From NCBI GenBank assembly GCA_047495785.1, contig JBLDXI010000007.1:1364001-1428000 (forward strand): DNA of 64,000 nucleotides. The letters are read 5' to 3'. The notes beneath the pieces are model-generated. The model did not search any database. It was not told the origin of the DNA and saw only the letters and a program-made list of their open reading frames with translations. The first letter of the stretch is position 1. Every line of letters begins with the position of its first letter. A program made the translations under genes and the position numbers. This document shows positions 1 to 12,790 of this stretch, piece after piece. The stretch comes from Lepidodermella squamata (taxonomy: Eukaryota; Animalia; Gastrotricha).

Positions 1-1221
1 GGCCTTGGCTATGGTGGTTACGGCTACGGTTACCCGGGCGTCGTTGGCGTCGGCTACCCAGCTGTCGGTGGTTTCTACGGCCGCAAGCGTCGTGATGTCG
101 ATGACGTGTCCGAACACATCAAGGAGAAGCGCCAGATCGGTCTCGGCTACCCAGGCTACGGCTACGGTGGTTTCGGCTATGGCGGCCTTGGTTACGGCGG
201 TCTCGGCTACGGCGCTGTGAATACTGGTTTTGGATACCCTGCCATCTACGGCCGCAAACGCCGCGATACTGATGACGTCGAATCGCACAAGGACAAGCGC
301 CAGGTTCTGCTCGGCGGTGTTGGCTACCCTGGTTTCGGCTACGGCGGTCTCGGCTACGTTGGTCTTGGCTACGGCTACGGCGCTGTTAACACCGGTTTCG
401 GCTACCCGGCTATCTATGGCCGCAAGCGTCGCGATACCGATGACGTCGAACACCACGAACATGATGAGCATCACAAGGAAAAGCGTCAAATTCTGGGTAT
501 TTATTCCCGATTTTACACGAATTTATTTTTATTTTCAATTATTTCAGCCGGTGGATTTGTTGGTGCTCCAATCGGCTATGGTTACGGCTACCCTGGCTAC
601 GGTGTCGGTCTCGGCTACGGCGCCGTTAACACTGGCTTCGGCTACCCTGCTATCTACGGCCGCAAGCGTCGCGATGCTGAAGACCACGATCCTAAGGAAC
701 ACAAGGAGAAGCGTCAAATCTTGGGTAAGGATTTATTGGAGCTCGAAAATCCTCAAAGATTCTTCAATCTATTTTCTAAATTTCAGCCGGTGGTTTCGTT
801 GGTGCTGCCCCCATTGTCGGAGGTGTCGGCTACGGCTACGGCTATCCTGGCTTCGGTCTCGGCTACGGCGCTGTCAACACCGGTTTTGGCTACCCGGCTA
901 TCTATGGCCGCAAACGCCGCGACACTGAGGACGTCGAACCCCACGATCCCAAGGACCACAAGGAAAAGCGTCAGATCATTGGTAATTTTTATTTCAAAAT
1001 TTATTAAAATAATTTCAAATTTAAATTATTTTAAATTTTAAATTCTAATTTTAATTTTAACAGCCGCTGGATACGCGCCCTTTGTCGGTGCCCCTCTCAT
1101 TGGTGCTGCCCCTATTCTCGGAGCTCCCCTTGTAGGCCCTGCCTTCGTTGGCGGCCCTGTTGTCGGTGGTCCATTCATTGGCGGTTACGGCTACGGCGTC
1201 GGCCCTGGTGTCCTGCTGTAA
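1..1221 (+). CDS. 3' part of a repetitive Gly/Tyr-rich prepropeptide (5' end lies outside the window)
   Basis: Frame 1 is open from base 1. Repeats have the form KR-Q...(GYG/GLG/GFG)n-AVNTGFGYPAIY-G-RKRR followed by an acidic/His spacer. GT-AG introns at 497-547, 725-786 and 982-1063 all fall at the same position in the repeat. TAA at 1219-1221. Confidence 0.85.
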
Positions 1222-1467
1222 ATAATAGCGAAATAATAGCTACTTCAACCGCTGAATATTGTTGACTTGCAGTATAATGATAATTTAAACTATATAATTA
1301 GCTGCTCTGCTTCGAGTTTTATATCATGATTCGTACCTTCACTTGGTTTTATAATTCCTGATTCGGGTCAGTTTGATTCCTTTCTTACAAAGTAGCTCCA
1401 TCAAGATTTGTGAAAACTGTTCGGAATTTAGCAATTTAACACTAATAAACTGCGAACTTTTTGCTAC

Positions 1468-1790
1468 GTCTGACTGTTGATACCAGGTTAAGGGGACCCC
1501 TATTTGAAAATTAAATAAAATTACCGAAAAATTCAGAAATTAATTAAAGCTAGCGGAAAGGTGGCTTGTTAATTTTTTGTAAATTATCACAATTTTCCTG
1601 ATTTTCATCAATTTAAAATACTTTGGAAGTATTATCACCGGCTTCGGATCCAGCTACGTACATTTGACTGTTGATACCTGGTTAAGAGGATCTATGAATG
1701 AAAATATTAAAACTTACGAAAAAAATTTCGAAATTAAGCGAAGCTAGTGGAAAGGCAGATTCTTATTTTCTTGTAAATTATGATAATTTC
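1468..1790. repeat. Imperfect local tandem duplication, period ~195 bp
   Basis: tgactgttgatacc-ggttaag...agctag-ggaaagg...ttgtaaattat occurs starting near 1471 and again near 1665. Confidence 0.6.
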
Positions 1791-3113
1791 AATTATTGCT
1801 GGTAACGTCTTGAATCCAAGCTAAAGTTTCATCATTGATTCTGGCCCCGGCTTGGTAACCAGCAATTTGCCCAGTTCTGTTGTTATACAGTCCGTTGCTC
1901 GTCAGGGCAACTAGAGTCCATTTCCGGCCGACGGTTGGACCAAAAGGTGTGTCTATGATTGCCCAAGCCCCGCCAGAATCGCCCTCCCAAGTGCCACTCG
2001 GCGCACAGACCTCAACGCGGCTGTTGAAATTCGCGTTCTTTCGCTCACAGTATCGATTAGGCATCAAATTCAGCGTTATTTTCTGGAGGTTATTGACGTA
2101 GTTGCCGTACGCATCGTGTCCCCAGCCTGCCATTGTAACCTGTTCGCGCTTGTAGTAGTACCTTGGCACGTTTGCCGACATGCAGATAGGGTTAAGCTGC
2201 TTGGTGTAGTATAACAGCGGGGCTAAACATCAGGAAAGATTTCATAAATTGCCTATCTTCAATCAGAACTAAGCCCAAATGAGCAATCTTCAAAGCTTCC
2301 GTTGCCCGAAAGTTTACAGGTTCAGTTCAGGCTCAAGTTGAATAATTAGATTTTCTAGATTCCAAACCTAAAAATTTTTTGAGGATTCCATGATTAATTT
2401 TCCCATTTCTCAAGGGAAGTTTTTGAATGGGATTTTAAGAAATAAAGAAAATCTGAAAACTGAAACAATTACGGAAGAGCAGGGTTGGAAAAAACCAATT
2501 TTGGTATAGTTTCAGCTGAATTCATGTTACCTAAAATCCCAAATTTTTTCCAAGCTGTGATTCATTGAAATAAGGATGAAGAATTGAACTTACGTATGAT
2601 CGTGACCAATGCCATGTCATAGTCATAAGTTCTCCGGGGATAATCAGGCTGCAGGAAGTATAACAAATCTCTTCCCGGCATCAAACTTCGTATAGCTACG
2701 AAATTCCCCGGATTTATCAGAGTTCCTCCGAAGAACATCGCGAACCTGTGAATAGGATTGAGGTCTTTGAAGCAATGGGCAGCTGTTAGAACCCAATTCC
2801 GATCTATCAACGTAGCTCCGCACCGTCTACTAACGTTTACAGCGGTCGACAGGCGAAAGCCTTCCATGTATACAAAGACTTGAAAAGGGAACTCGCCTGG
2901 AGCTGCGTCTCTTCCATTGATTATTCTCGCAGCTGGGTAATTAGCCAAGAGTCGGTTATTATATCCAATTTTCAAGTTTCCATCGAAACCTCGAGGAGAA
3001 TTGTAATTGTTTAACGAAGCACCGAATCCGCATTCATTAGGATCGAAAGCGTCCAGTAGAGCTTTTCCCGTTTTAGCCAATAAGATGAACAGGATTGCTA
3101 CTTTAAGGGACAT
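1789..3113 (-). CDS. Secreted S1A chymotrypsin-fold serine protease SP1 (2 exons)
   Basis: Signal peptide, R-IING activation site, TAAHC, YDYDMAL (Asp102) and GDSGG. Intron ~2225-2594 lies just after Asp102. Confidence 0.9.
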
Positions 3114-3320
3114 TTCGCTTTTATACAGGCTTTATGATGAGCAATAAACAGATGGGTGTTAATTATTCCTGAAGCATCGCCAGAGCTTAACTGAATGCAG
3201 CCTAAATATCACGACTGGGTGCTGTTTTAATTTTAATTTTAAATTTATAATTTCGAAATTCAATTTGTCTTTCCTTCCATTCTCGAAAAGTTCATTGCCA
3301 AATAAAAAAGTTATAATAAA

Positions 3321-4340
3321 TTATGGATTATTATTGGTTATGTCCAAGATCCAATAAATAATTTCTGCGTTTATCTTCGCCCCGGCTTGGATTTCAGCAG
3401 CCACAACCACTCCTGAATGGTTTCGAAACCATCCGGCGCTAGTCAACGCGGCAAGTGTCCACTTTTGGCCAAAACCTGGACCGAACGGCATGTCAACCAT
3501 AGCCCACGGCCCGCCGGAATCACCCGACCAAGTGCCACTGTACGCGCAGTAATGAACATTCCTAACGAACCTATGGTCCCTTGCCTCGCAATAATAATTC
3601 GGTAACAAGCTGCGAGTTATTTTCTGAAGAATATTGGAACTGTTGCTGGTGTCATCTCGCCTGCCCCAGCCTGTCATCACCACGTCTGGTAAATATAGGT
3701 CGTTCGGGAAAATTGACGGCAAGCAGATGGGCGCAACTAGCTGGCTGTATGGGTCCAAAGGTGCTAAAATAAAAAAAAAATAAAAAAATTAAGGTGGATT
3801 AAATTCTTTTATTTTACGATTAATTTCCACCAATGCTATATCATACGCAAAGGTCCTGAAGGGGTAGAGGGGCTGTAAGAAGTATTGGAGGCCAAGGCCC
3901 GGCCTCATGATGCGAATTTGTTCGAAATTCCCTGGATGATATACAGTACCGCCGAACAACAGCCCAACCGCGTGAATAGGGTTGAGATTGTAAAAGCAGT
4001 GAGCAGCGGTTAGAACCCAGTGCCGATCTATCAAAACGGCTCCACATTGTCTCTTAACAACTTGCAGCTGTTGAGCTTGGAAACCTTCCATGTATAGGAA
4101 GACTTGGTACGGGAACTCGCCCGGCGCGGCGTCCAAACCGTTGATAATCCTCGCTTTTTTGCCATCACTTAATCTGCCTTGAAACCTGCGAGGGAAATTA
4201 TTCAGCGTTGACCCTAATCCGCACTTATATGGATCGTAGGCATCGAGTAAAGCCCCTACGGCCTGAATAAGGAGCAAAAGAATAGCAACACTCATCTCGA
4301 CTATTTTTAACAGTTGTTGTGAACTCGAGTTACGAACCAT
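3321..4340 (-). CDS. Serine protease SP2 (2 exons)
   Basis: ARIING, TAAHC, YDIAL, PICL and WSGDSGG. Short intron ~3765-3820. The likely start is the ATG at 4295. Confidence 0.9.
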
Positions 4341-4803
4341 TAATTAGAATTTATTATTTGCTATATAAAAAATTTGCTAGAATATCTCTAAACAATTCTA
4401 GCCATATATCTCATGGATTATTCCCAACATTTACATAAGACTCACACTTGGCGTAGGCTTGATAAAATTCAGCCGAATTATCTAGAAACAGCACCTTTTG
4501 TGTATTTTTGAAATCGTAGGTATTTGTTTTGTTCTTGTTTATGCGCATTGTTTAACACACCTCCAATTTATTGAGACTGAGTGATGAGGCAAAAGCCCTC
4601 TTTTCTCTCAGCAGGCCAAAGAATTGACGGTTACCTATTGCAACTCCTATTTAACAATGTCTGTTTCGCCGGCAATCTGCGAGAAATACGAGCTGATTTA
4701 TCGAATAAAGAGACTATTGGACATACGCTTGAGTAATTTTATTCAAAAATCAAAATTCAAATTTCATTCAAAATTTTCAAATTTTCACAACTGAAAAGAG
4801 AGT

Positions 4804-7158
4804 TCAGTACAACAGACACCTGTCGTTGAAGCGCGCCATTTTAGACGAAGCCGAGCAGTTGTAAGCGTTAGCAAACTCTCGACTGTGAGCCAGAGGAGCC
4901 AGAACTCTGATCTTCGGCGGTGAATGTCTATCTTGCAAAATTCGGAAAAATTCTGAATTCGGCTGTTTTGAGCACTGCAATTGCGCATACGATAGGAAAT
5001 ACAGCTTCTTCTCCATATCACTGCGTGGTTCCATTTGGAATAGTTCATACGAAAGAGGGATAGATACCACATCAGCGATATCGTCAGCCATCGTATTCTC
5101 GGGTTTCAAGAACATCCCATTCGCTCGGCCGATCTGCTGATACATTGTAGTGATGCACTGTTTTCGTCTGGCAAGGAAAGGATCTGCCTTGAAAACTGCC
5201 TTCAGCCCAAGATGGTCGAACAAATGAGCCACTTCATGGAAAATGGTCGATGCAGCCGATCCGTGTTGAACTGCTGGTGGGTAACAGGGTTCGAAAATTG
5301 GAGCCATCCAAGCAGCTAGCAACGAAATGATGCGGTTATTCAACACATTTTCGTACATAGCGTTGTAGTGTAACCCAGTTGGGACCATTGATACGTCTCC
5401 ATTGATGTAAAATTTCATCAAAGCGCCCTCCAAGAAACGGCTTGCTGCATAGATGTTCGCCATGTAGGAGGTTCGGGTTATCGTTAAATTTCGATGATAC
5501 GCCTCGATTGCAGTGCGATTGAGTACGAAATCCGGAGGCCAAATGCTGATTGTCAACGAATCTATCAACTTCAGTATCTCTGTTTTAGTTGCCGGGCTGA
5601 ATAGCTCGGATGCCGAAATTTTCTGACGGAAGATACGTTTAGCTCCAACACCGATTTCATTAGCGATTGGAACTGTCTCCTCATCGAAGAAAGCGCGCCT
5701 GAACATTGAAGTCGACGCGAGGGGTAAGAACCTGATCACTTCGTTGATGCAGTGCTCCTGGGATGTCATTCGAGCCATTTCAAAGTACTTCAACAAAGCT
5801 TCGAAGACTAGATAGTTTTGCAGCGCCTGTTGATCAGTCACATTCACCATCATACCATCGATAAGGCCGCAGGTATCCTGAAGAAATCCGCAGAATGAGT
5901 CATTGATGTAGATTGACATGTTGAGCAGATCGAAGTTTCGAGACCGGCCGAAACTGTCTAGTAAGGACGTCCAATTTACGAGAGGGCAACACTTGTCCAA
6001 TTCAGCAGGGGAGGTTACATGGGTTTTGTCATCCTGCCGCGCAGATTTGAAGCGTTCCAACTTCCTTTCAAACAATTCAATGGGAAGTGAACCAGAGCCG
6101 TACGTCAGGGTGAAGGGGGCGTGTAGATTCGATGCCAATGTTTTGATTGCTGATGCAGCTGTTGACCACGTGCGCAGGCTTCCCGGAATAATGGCAACCC
6201 TCACTTTCTCTGAATCATCCATATCACGCCCGCTGATGGCGATAATATTGTCAGTACCATAGTCGAATAGTCGCTCGAATCTGGTTTGGAAGGTTTCTGA
6301 AGATTCGATCGGGCTGTTGAAACCACCCATTGATCGGACTATTTCTTGAAGTACTGGTTTGGTCGCGGACCACCCATCTGCAATGTAGCAGGCGTGAAAG
6401 TAATCCAGAACTTTCTTGTCACTCTCCCAACCAAAATCAACGACTCGAGGGCTTTGAATCAGGCCGTGAAAAGCCTTCACCCACTTATAACTCGCCTCCT
6501 CAGGAACACCGCGGGATACAAGGGCAGCTTCGGCGTAATTTTCATAGTTGCCGCAAGCGTATTCGTAGAAATCATCGCACGGATCGGCTTGATGGTTCAT
6601 GATGGCTGACATCCGGCTGATTCTGTCCGAACATTTGGCAGTTTTGCATGATGCATTCATGTCGGCAAGGTAGATTTCCATGCCGCTAGGGATTCTCGCT
6701 GTCGAGGCTTCTGTCGTCGGTCGAGAAGTAGAGCTTGAGCTCGTTCTTGTCGAGGGCGATGATGGAGACGATGTTGTTGAGGGCTTAGGCGAGCTAGAAC
6801 TCGCAGTGGAAGATGCCGTTGTTCGACGCCGATCAGAGGTAGGGAACCACTCAGGAGAAGTCGAAAGGGGTTCATGTTGACACCTGTTCAAAGAATTGAC
6901 ATTTTCGCCTTTCTTCTGAGACAGCAGCCAAATGCCGACGAACAGAATTAATATTGCTATCAACAAAACTCCAAAAAGCATGCAACAAGAACCTTAATAA
7001 CATATAATAGATAGAAGAATAGATCCAAAATTTCGTATCAAAAACTCACATTTTGTTTTCTTTCTCCTTTGCAGAGAAATCGGAGGTTGGACGCATGGGC
7101 CATCTCCTAGGATGACAGCAACAGAGTTTTCTTGGTTTCGAGCTTTATTCGGAGCCAT
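4804..7158 (-). CDS. M13 family (neprilysin/ECE-like) type II membrane metallopeptidase
   Basis: PCDDFYEYACG, NAMY, HEVAH, DDIAD, FLSYAQ, HSPPKIRV and a C-terminal C..Y. TM helix followed by a Ser/Thr stalk. A probable short first exon (MAPNK..., ATG at 7158) is spliced via an intron at ~6993-7049 to the 725 aa ORF. Confidence 0.9.
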
Positions 7159-7767
7159 ATATTATCGGAAATGAGTGAACACGAATGTGTGACTCGTCCC
7201 CTCCTTTAGTATGTTTATATTCGGCAGATTTGTGACTCATTTTGTTGACCACCAGGGTTGCATCATTCATTGAGAAACATCAAGCCTTCTCATTGAAAGG
7301 TCGCCACGCGTGATTAGAAATCCCGGAAAAAAATGAGATCGAACCCTCAAGAAAAAAAATGGCGCTATGAGTCACAACTGAGTCACCTCAAAGCTCTTCT
7401 TGCGGACGGTCTCAAGTTAATGCGTTGCCAATTTATGGTCGCTGGATTTGTTCGTTATCCATTAACCAATACTTAAGGCGATCGGATTTGCGAGAAAAAA
7501 ATTGTGGTAGTGGGTGGTGCGTTAACTGCCGCATTAGAATCTTACTTTTTTGATGACACAATTTTCACACTCACACTCATCCACAATCAGAAGATACTTT
7601 ATTGAACCTTCGACGTTCAAGTTACGCAATGTTGCCCTCATCTTGGGCCTTGGGCTGTACAGAATTTTTAGAAAAATAGGGTAAGCAGTTGAAACCTTTC
7701 TCATATCTCTATATCATCAGCTATTATAGAGTAACCTCATATGACTTAATGGGAAACCATTAAAAGT

Positions 7768-8760
7768 TTAATTGATACTAGTAATATCTCTGATCCAATT
7801 GAAAATCTCATAATTGATTCTAGCTCCAGCTTGGTTTCGACCAAGTCTTATCGGGTTTATACGGAAGGTCGTAGTGCTGATCACCGCAATCAGGGTCCAT
7901 TTTCGACCGACGCTTGGACCAAACGGCATATCTTCGATGGCGTAAGCCCCGCCGGAATCTCCATCAAACGTACCGCTTGTCGCACAGATCTCGATTGCGC
8001 GGTTGAAACTGCGGTCTTTCTTCTCGCAAAAACGGCTGGGCATTAATTGCCGCTTGATTTTTTTGAGGTTGCTTTGAGGGTTGAGAGTTTCGTCAAGACC
8101 CCAACCAGCCATCAGCACCGGCTCACCTTTCCATTCTCTGGTCACGTTTGTTGGCATGCAGATTGGACCAATACGTTTGTTGTAATGCTGCAACGGTCCT
8201 AGAAAAATCAGAAAACTTTTATTTATAATAATGATTATGTCTCCTCACGTATAATTTTGACCAGTGCGATATCATACGTGTATGTCTTCAAGGCATAATC
8301 AGAATTTAGAAAGATAACTTTGTTAAATTCGGGTCTGTCATAAAAGCGGTATTCCAGAAAATTTTCCGGCACAAATGAAGTGCCGCCGAACAAGAGCGCG
8401 AGCCGGTAGATAGGACTGAAATCGTCAAAGCAGTGAATAGCTGTTATGACCCAATGCCGGTCGATGAGAGAAGCTCCGCAGCGTCTCCTCGTATCATTTT
8501 TCACACTGGTATCGAAGCTATATACACTTGATAAGGTAATTCTCCTGGAACTACGTCGGTGCCGTGGAAAATCCTTGCAGCGGGGCGATGTTGATTTTGT
8601 TGCTGAGCTGGATCATGAGCTGGACCCAGGTTGCTCTTGAAACCTCGAGGATTATGTTGACTATTCAATGTTGAACCGAAACCACATTTGATTGGATTGA
8701 AGGCGTCGAGTAGAGCTAACGTCGGCTCAAATAATATCCCTATTCGAATTAAAACTCTAT
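7768..8760 (-). pseudogene. Serine protease SP3 pseudogene
   Basis: LDAFNPIKCGFGSTL...AARIFHG...ELPYQVY followed by a frameshift near 8510. TAIHC and FDGDSGG are retained. No clear start codon. Confidence 0.75.
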
Positions 8761-8939
8761 TCGTAAACCTCCTGCTTTAAAAAGCACAAACAACGCCAAA
8801 GTTCAACTAGACTAGCTCTTTCAGATGGCAAAAATAAACTATTCCTTGCACATCTTCCACCGGAATAAAATTACTATGCAAGTAAAAATGGGCTTCCTAC
8901 AATTCTCAGTTTTTTATTTGTATCGATGGTATCGAAGAT

Positions 8940-9966
8940 CTAATTATTGCTTGTTACGTCCCTGATCCAATCAAACACTTCATAATTGATCCTAGCTCCA
9001 GCTTGTGTTGTTCCGAGTCTTATCGGGTTTTCGTAATGTGTCGTAGTGCTGATCACAGCAACCAGGGTCCATTTACGGCCCACGTCTGGACCGAACGGAG
9101 TGTCATCTATAGCAAAAGCGCCGCCGGAATCTCCACTATAGAGGCCGCTTGTCGCACAGACCTCAATTGCACGGCTGAATTTGCGATCTTTCGCCTCGCA
9201 GAAAAAGTTGGGCATCAGGTTCCGTGTTATCTTTTTGAGGCTATTCGGTCTGCTTAAGTTCTCGTCCTGTCCCCAGCCGGCCATCACTACCGGCTTGCCA
9301 CTCCACTCTTTTGTCACGTTTGTTGGCATGCAGATTGGACCAATAAGCCTGTTGTAATCCGGCAATGGGGCTAAAAACAAAGTGCCATTGTATAACTTTT
9401 TTGAGAGAAATTATTTTCTTACGGATAATTTTTACTAGTGCAATGTCAAAGGTATGGGATCTCAAGGCATAACGGCGTTGTAAAAAGATAATGCTGCTAT
9501 TATCAGGTCGATCATATTGTCGTTTTTCGATGAAATTGTCTGGCGTGAAGGAAGTGCCGCCGAACCAAAGCTCGAGCCGGTAGATAGGGTTAAGTCTCTT
9601 GAAGCAGTGTGCAGCAGTTAGAACCCAACTCCTATCAATCAGAACAGCCCCGCATCGCCTTCTCCTATCTTTATTTTTCTTGGAATTGAAACCTTTCATC
9701 GTAAGAAAAACTTGGTATGGCAATTCGCCTGGCATTACATCCGCGCCATTGAAAATCCTTGCAGCGGGGCTGTAGTCATATCTAACCGGCGTTGGCTTCA
9801 TGTTGGCGCCCAGGTTTTTCTGGAGACTTCGACGATTGTTTTGGTTATTCAGCGTTGAACCAAAGCCACATTTGGTTGGATTAAATGCGTCGAGTGTAGC
9901 ATCCGTCTTCTCTAATATCATCAAGAGCAGGATTAGGAACCTCATGCCACATGAAGGATTCAACAT
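8940..9966 (-). CDS. Serine protease SP4 (2 exons)
   Basis: ARIFNG, TAAHC, FDIAL, PICM and YSGDSGG. Intron ~9372-9423. Confidence 0.9.
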
Positions 9967-10219
9967 ATATTCAGAACGTGACCAACTCGTTTTGTTGGGG
10001 ATCAGAGAATCAATATATTAACTATTCATTGCACATAAACATCAAACATAAACACATAATCAAACGAAACATATGTATTGACCTGTATTGATAACTGACG
10101 AACCTTCAGACTTGGTAAAGGAATAATTAATCCCAGATGATTTGGGGAGACTGATCAATGATGTTTAAGCTTTATCTTTTACTACTTCGAAGCTTTCGTA
10201 TTTGAACTTGTCAGTTTTC

Positions 10220-11214
10220 TCAATTATTGTTCGTGATATCTGTGATCCAATTCAACGTTCCACGATTGATCCTGGCCCCGGCCTGCGTTTCCTCAGGCTG
10301 GTTCGTTACTTCGCTGAACATCGTGACACTGGTTATAGCAATAAGTGTCCATTTCCAGTCCAAGCTCTGGCCATATGGCATATCCAGCTTAGCCCACGGG
10401 CCGCCTGAATCGCCCCTCCATGCACCACTTGTCGCACAAACTTCAATATTTCTGCTGAAATTCCTGTCCCTCGCCTCGCAAAATGCATTAGGCATCAACC
10501 GCCGTACTACCATTTTAAGCTTGTCTGGTAAATTGTTATTCTCATCTCGCCCCCAGACAGGCATTACCACAGATTCATCATTCCATTCCCTTAGCAAGTA
10601 AGCAGGCAAATCGGACCAATAAGTGGATCGTACCTTGGCAAGGGGGCTATGGATTGCAAAATAGAATGAAGTTTCGGTATCATTTTAAAGCATTTTAAGA
10701 ATAATTTTGACCAACGCAAGGTCATAGTCATACTTGTTATCTTGTTATTTTCCGGGAATAATAAGGTTGAAAAAGACCAAATTCACACCAACCCTCAACT
10801 CTCGTGTTTCTGCGAAATTATTCGGTGATACCGAGGTACCGCCAAACAGCATCCACAACCCATTCACAGGTTCGAGTTGAGAAATGCAATGTTCAGCTGT
10901 TAGAACCCAATGGCGATCTATGACAACCGCACCGCATCGTATTCTAACTGGTCCACCTCCTAGCGGATGAACGCCTTCGATGAAGATAAGGACGTGAAAC
11001 GGAAATTCCCCGGGATAGGAATCAACGCCATTGATGACTCTGGCAGTGGCGCGGCGATGGTCAATCGGCTGCTGGCAGAGTTGATTTCCAGGCTGCGTGA
11101 AAAATTATTATGGAGCGGTAAAACAAAGCCGCAATTGAATGGGTCGAAGGCATCAATTAAAGCCTCAGCAGCCACTCCAAATGTTAAAACAAGTATGGGA
11201 TACCGCATAGTCAT
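10220..11214 (-). pseudogene. Serine protease SP5 pseudogene
   Basis: Signal peptide and DAFDPFNCGF, then frameshifts near 11040, 10745 and 10610. TAEHC and WRGDSGG are retained. Confidence 0.75.
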
Positions 11215-11380
11215 ACTACTGTTTGAGCTGAATAGACTTGTAACTAGACTGTTAAGTTATTCTTGGCACATCATGCGTCTCAGTGATGGTCGAGGCATGT
11301 TACTCATCCCTTTATCCAGCCTGCATTCGATTCTTTATTTCAGTGAAATTAACTGAAAATAGGCTTGCCAAGAATTTAAT

Positions 11381-12412
11381 CTAATGACTACTAGTTATGT
11401 CCCGGATCCAATTCAGAACTTCAGTATTGATTTTAGCTCCAACTTGAATCTTTTTCGATGTGGACAGCATTTGCTTATCCATGTTAACAAAAACGTGACT
11501 GCTTACCGCTACCAGTGTCCATTTGATGCCTATATCTGGTCCAAATGGGTAGTCTATGATTGCCCAAGGACCACCGGAATCGCCCTGATGAGCGCCACTT
11601 GTCGCGCAAACTTCAATACTTGCGTTGAACAGGTTGTCAATCGCCTCGCAATAGGGATTCGGCTTCATTGCACAGGCTTTCATTTGAAGAATGTTTGGTT
11701 CTTGGCCGGTGTGGTCCTTACCCCAGCCAGCCATCACCACTGGCTCGTCATTCCACACCCTTTCAACAACGTTTGTCGGTATGCAGATTGGACTTAATTT
11801 CTTATTGAATCGCGGTAAAGTGGCTGAAGATAAACTTTAGGTCGCGATAGATTAGGAAAATCGTTTTCGCTTACGTATGATCTTGAGCAGAGCGAAGTCA
11901 TAACTATATGTTTTATGGGCGTAATCAGGCTGCAGGAAATAAACGAAATCGACGCCCAGCGTCAAATCCCTTGCATATTCGAAATTATCTGGATCGATAA
12001 CAGTGCCGCCGAACAGCATTACGAACATTTTGAAAGGGTTTATTTCAGTGATGCAATGAGCGGCTGTTAGTATCCATTCGCGATCTATGACAACCGCTCC
12101 GCATCGCCTTACCATTTCGATTCCATGAACTGTACTGAGACCCTTCATGATGATTAGGACTTGATAAGGAAATTCGCCTTCCAAGGCTTCTTTACCATTG
12201 ACAATTCTCGCAGCGGCGCGATTGAGACAGCGTTGCGAAAGTGATTGCTTTCCTAATGTACTGCGGCGAAAATGTCTAGTGGAATGATCATGGTAGATAT
12301 AATTATCCAAAGTTGAGCCAAAGCCACATTTGGTCGGATTGAAGGCATCGAGTAAGGCTTCTGCCATGCCGAAGATTATAAAAGCAAGGATTAAAACGTT
12401 TGGATACTGCAT
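11381..12412 (-). CDS. Serine protease SP6 (2 exons)
   Basis: AARIVNG, TAAHC, YDFAL and HQGDSGG. Intron ~11825-11874. Confidence 0.9.
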
Positions 12413-12603
12413 ATCTGGATTATTCTAATGTAAGCCAACGGTGCTTAGTTAAAAGGAATAAATGAACCGCCAAACCAGGAACAGACGAATATATAAATTA
12501 TTCCTTCCATATCGCTTGCTGGAACGACAAGGATCTGTAGAAACCACCAATGGCACTACCGAACATCATCATTTTCGACTTCAGTAAACTATAATTTCAG
12601 ACA

Positions 12604-12675
12604 AGCAGAGTGGCGCAGTGGAAGCGCGCTGGGCCCATAACCCAGAGGTCTGTAGATCGAAACTACGCTCTGCTA
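12604..12675 (+). tRNA. Initiator tRNA-Met(CAT)
   Basis: A1-T72 pair (AGCAGAG...CTCTGCT A), GGG/CCC anticodon stem, ATCG T-loop typical of eukaryotic iMet, downstream T5 terminator. Confidence 0.97.
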
Positions 12676-12790
12676 AATGTCGCAATGTTTTTATCAGAAT
12701 TTCGATGAAAATAGGAATAACCAAATGACTTCAGCATCCGCGAATCGTTCAACTGCTGCGTGGGGTCGATCGCGTGGACCTTTGGCCACT

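Noticed and set aside
106-1041. 311 aa ORF taken as the real protein
   Set aside because: It reads through introns (497-547 in frame, 725-786 shifting the frame). The spliced product differs.
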